Assembly (NCBI RefSeq): GCF_001194135.2 | Contig: NC_068987.1 | Coordinates: 23,855,544 to 23,919,543 of the forward strand | Length of the DNA: 64,000 nt | Direction of reading: 5' to 3' | DNA from: Octopus bimaculoides | Lineage: Eukaryota | In this document: positions 63,863-64,000 of the stretch, one piece after another | Layout of the letters: each line of letters opens with the position of its first letter | How positions within the stretch are numbered: position 1 is the stretch's first letter | Notes under the pieces: generated by a model | Told to the model about the DNA's origin: nothing | The model's input: only the letters and a program-made list of their open reading frames with translations | The model's database searches: none | Translations under genes and position numbers: made by a program

Positions 63863-64000
63863 CTATTAATGGGTATTTTAAACATGGGTATTATTGTTCG
63901 ACTGATGTCCGACTCTCTTGTAAGTGGATTTTCTTGTGGTGTTGCTATATATATAATCAGCAGTCAATTGAAGTACATCTTAGGGCTAACAGTGCAACGT
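63863..64000 (+). CDS. SLC26: SLC26 exon (TM5 region), runs off the window end
   Basis: TTTTTAG| phase 0 LLMGILNMGIIVRLMSDSLVSGFSCGVAIYIISSQLKYILGL. Confidence 0.92.

Overview
AT-rich, intron-dominated animal genomic DNA with nine N-gaps. The SINE families look like those of Octopus (inference from repeat recognition, not a database search). Two genes are recognisable and diverge from each other. One is the first coding exon of a SLAIN-family microtubule plus-end regulator (- strand, 30229-30599, about 360 bp from an NRF1-type motif). The other is four coding exons of an SLC26 (prestin/SLC26A5-A6-like) anion transporter (+ strand, 58791 to window end). Three splice-competent + strand exon candidates (4880-4975, 10735-10811, 16591-16733) suggest an unidentified gene nested antisense in SLAIN intron 1. 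The rest is decayed mobile DNA: several tRNA-derived SINE families (some with 11-16 bp target-site duplications), Tc1, mariner, maT/DD37D, piggyBac, CR1-like, RTE, CRE-like and Penelope-like remnants, Helitron-like and TTAGGG-bearing foldback elements. The most striking signal is a set of hammerhead-ribozyme motifs. These include a near-complete type I hammerhead at 5276-5344 and a tRNA-headed element at 42211-42594 whose 134-bp inverted arms each carry a Penelope-type minimal hammerhead, i.e. a candidate Penelope-mobilised, ribozyme-bearing SINE. Boundaries of decayed elements are approximate.
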